A stretch of DNA of 64,000 bases from Bispira polyomma (taxonomy: Eukaryota): positions 35,278,001 through 35,342,000 of the forward strand of contig OZ287749.1 in NCBI GenBank assembly GCA_965649765.1. The letters are read 5' to 3'. The notes below the pieces were generated by a model that searched no databases, was not told where the DNA came from, and worked only from the letters and a program-made list of their open reading frames with translations. Shown here in pieces: positions 62,707-64,000 of the stretch; the first letter of the stretch is position 1, and each line of letters opens with the position of its first letter. A program made the translations under genes and the position numbers.

Positions 62707-64000
62707 TCTAATAAATGCGTAACACGCAATATAATACACTCAATATAAGAGTTTATTTTAGTAAATTATACTGTTTTGACTGACATGCTGAGATATAAAT
62801 ACAATATATTGGAAACTGAGATATAAATACATTAAGAAATTATAAACTTAATTCTGCTAGTCTTCTTTAGTTTTGTGACTTTAGAACAATTTTCGGGGAC
62901 AATCGCAGTTTATTCAAAACATGGGAACCATAAATTGTCACAGTGCAACAAATTTCTATTGCTAAATAAAACACCATCATTGCTTTGAAGAAATATTATC
63001 GCCACTTTCTAATCACCTGGTTAAAAGTTATTCTAACCCATGTTTGTGTATATTAGAATTCCATAGAAATCTTTGACTGGCCAACGTTACTGAGAGCGAG
63101 ATTAATACATGAAACTTCATGAACATATGTGTGTCATCGCTCATGTTTAGATTGGTCAAATTGCAAAATAGCTCAGAAAGACGGCTGTAGCATAATAAAC
63201 ACAGCTACAAACTGAGTAACGATAGTCTAAAACCTTGCCAACACCCCCCCCCCCCCCAACACACACATAAACACTTCTTAACACAAAATGGAAGTTTGTC
63301 TTGGCAAATGTACAAACCTTGTAGCTATTTCGTCAAATTGACGTCATGTTTTAAACTCTTTTGAAGCACGTGTAATACAGCATGTGGTTTCCTCTGCACC
63401 CAGACTCAACTAGTTTTGGTATTGCAAAGCAAGTTCGCTGTGTTACAGCACCTTGTACATATTTTACGTCAATGGTTGCCTTTCCACAATGTTATTCATT
63501 TCATACTTAAATGGCGAGTAAGATATTTAAGAAAGTTAATCCATTCCTTTTAATAGTGGTGCAAGTATTGTGTAATTTTGTTAAACTGTTTACAGTAGCA
63601 TATATTTTAATGAGTCAGTTTAGCTAGGCTAGTCTCACTCATTGATGAGGTGGTGCGGATTTTGTGTTGCAATCGCATTTTTGTAAAATCAGCCTGAAAA
63701 ATGAACTTTATACTTACCAGGTATCCTTTTTTTAATTCTGGGGATAATGCAGTCAATTCGTTTTCTTAATAAAAAACTATAATAACGGTTTTAAAGCACT
63801 GACCTAGGTTGACATGGGTTTGACATATATAGTCACATAATTCATTTTCCAGCCATGTAAAAGGCCCACTGTTCTTCAGTGTTTTTATAAACGCTGTATA
63901 TAGGCGAATAATCAATGAAATCAATCTCAGAGCGCCAGATATTCTAATAAATGCGTACCACTCAATATAATACAATCAATATAAGAGTTTATTTTAGTAA
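62707..64000. repeat. 58-bp direct repeat pair, 1236 bp apart (62707-62764 and 63943-64000)
   Basis: TCTAATAAATGCGTA.CAC.CAATATAATACA.TCAATATAAGAGTTTATTTTAGTAA at both sites; the second copy runs off the window edge. Confidence 0.8.

Overview
AT-rich, repeat-dense animal (probably invertebrate, lophotrochozoan-like) genomic DNA, not prokaryotic. The only clear host coding sequence is a large N-terminal exon of a small-conductance Ca2+-activated K+ channel gene (SK/KCNN, + strand, ~52.5-53.9 kb), which ends at a phase-0 GTAGGT donor; no later exon was recognised in the window. The most informative object is a near-complete, mildly decayed tyrosine-recombinase retrotransposon of Ngaro type (29420-34972, - strand): gag, RT, RNase H and YR with split direct repeats A1...B1-A2-spacer-B2. 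It carries a CCAAT/TATA/Inr promoter inside repeat A, a self-complementary A/B junction and a perfect 70-bp-arm palindrome inserted in frame in gag. A second, gag-only relative lies next to it. The rest consists of decayed L2/CR1-group LINEs (one with a 2A/StopGo-like peptide ahead of its endonuclease), tRNA-derived SINEs, several MITEs (5-bp-TSD hAT-like, 9-bp-TSD Mutator-like, Harbinger-like), two Helentron/HINE-like elements with ~147-bp palindromic tandem repeats, a BED-finger hAT remnant and minisatellites of 31, 41, 42, 44, 60 and 61 bp. All calls come from reading the sequence by eye; no database search was run.
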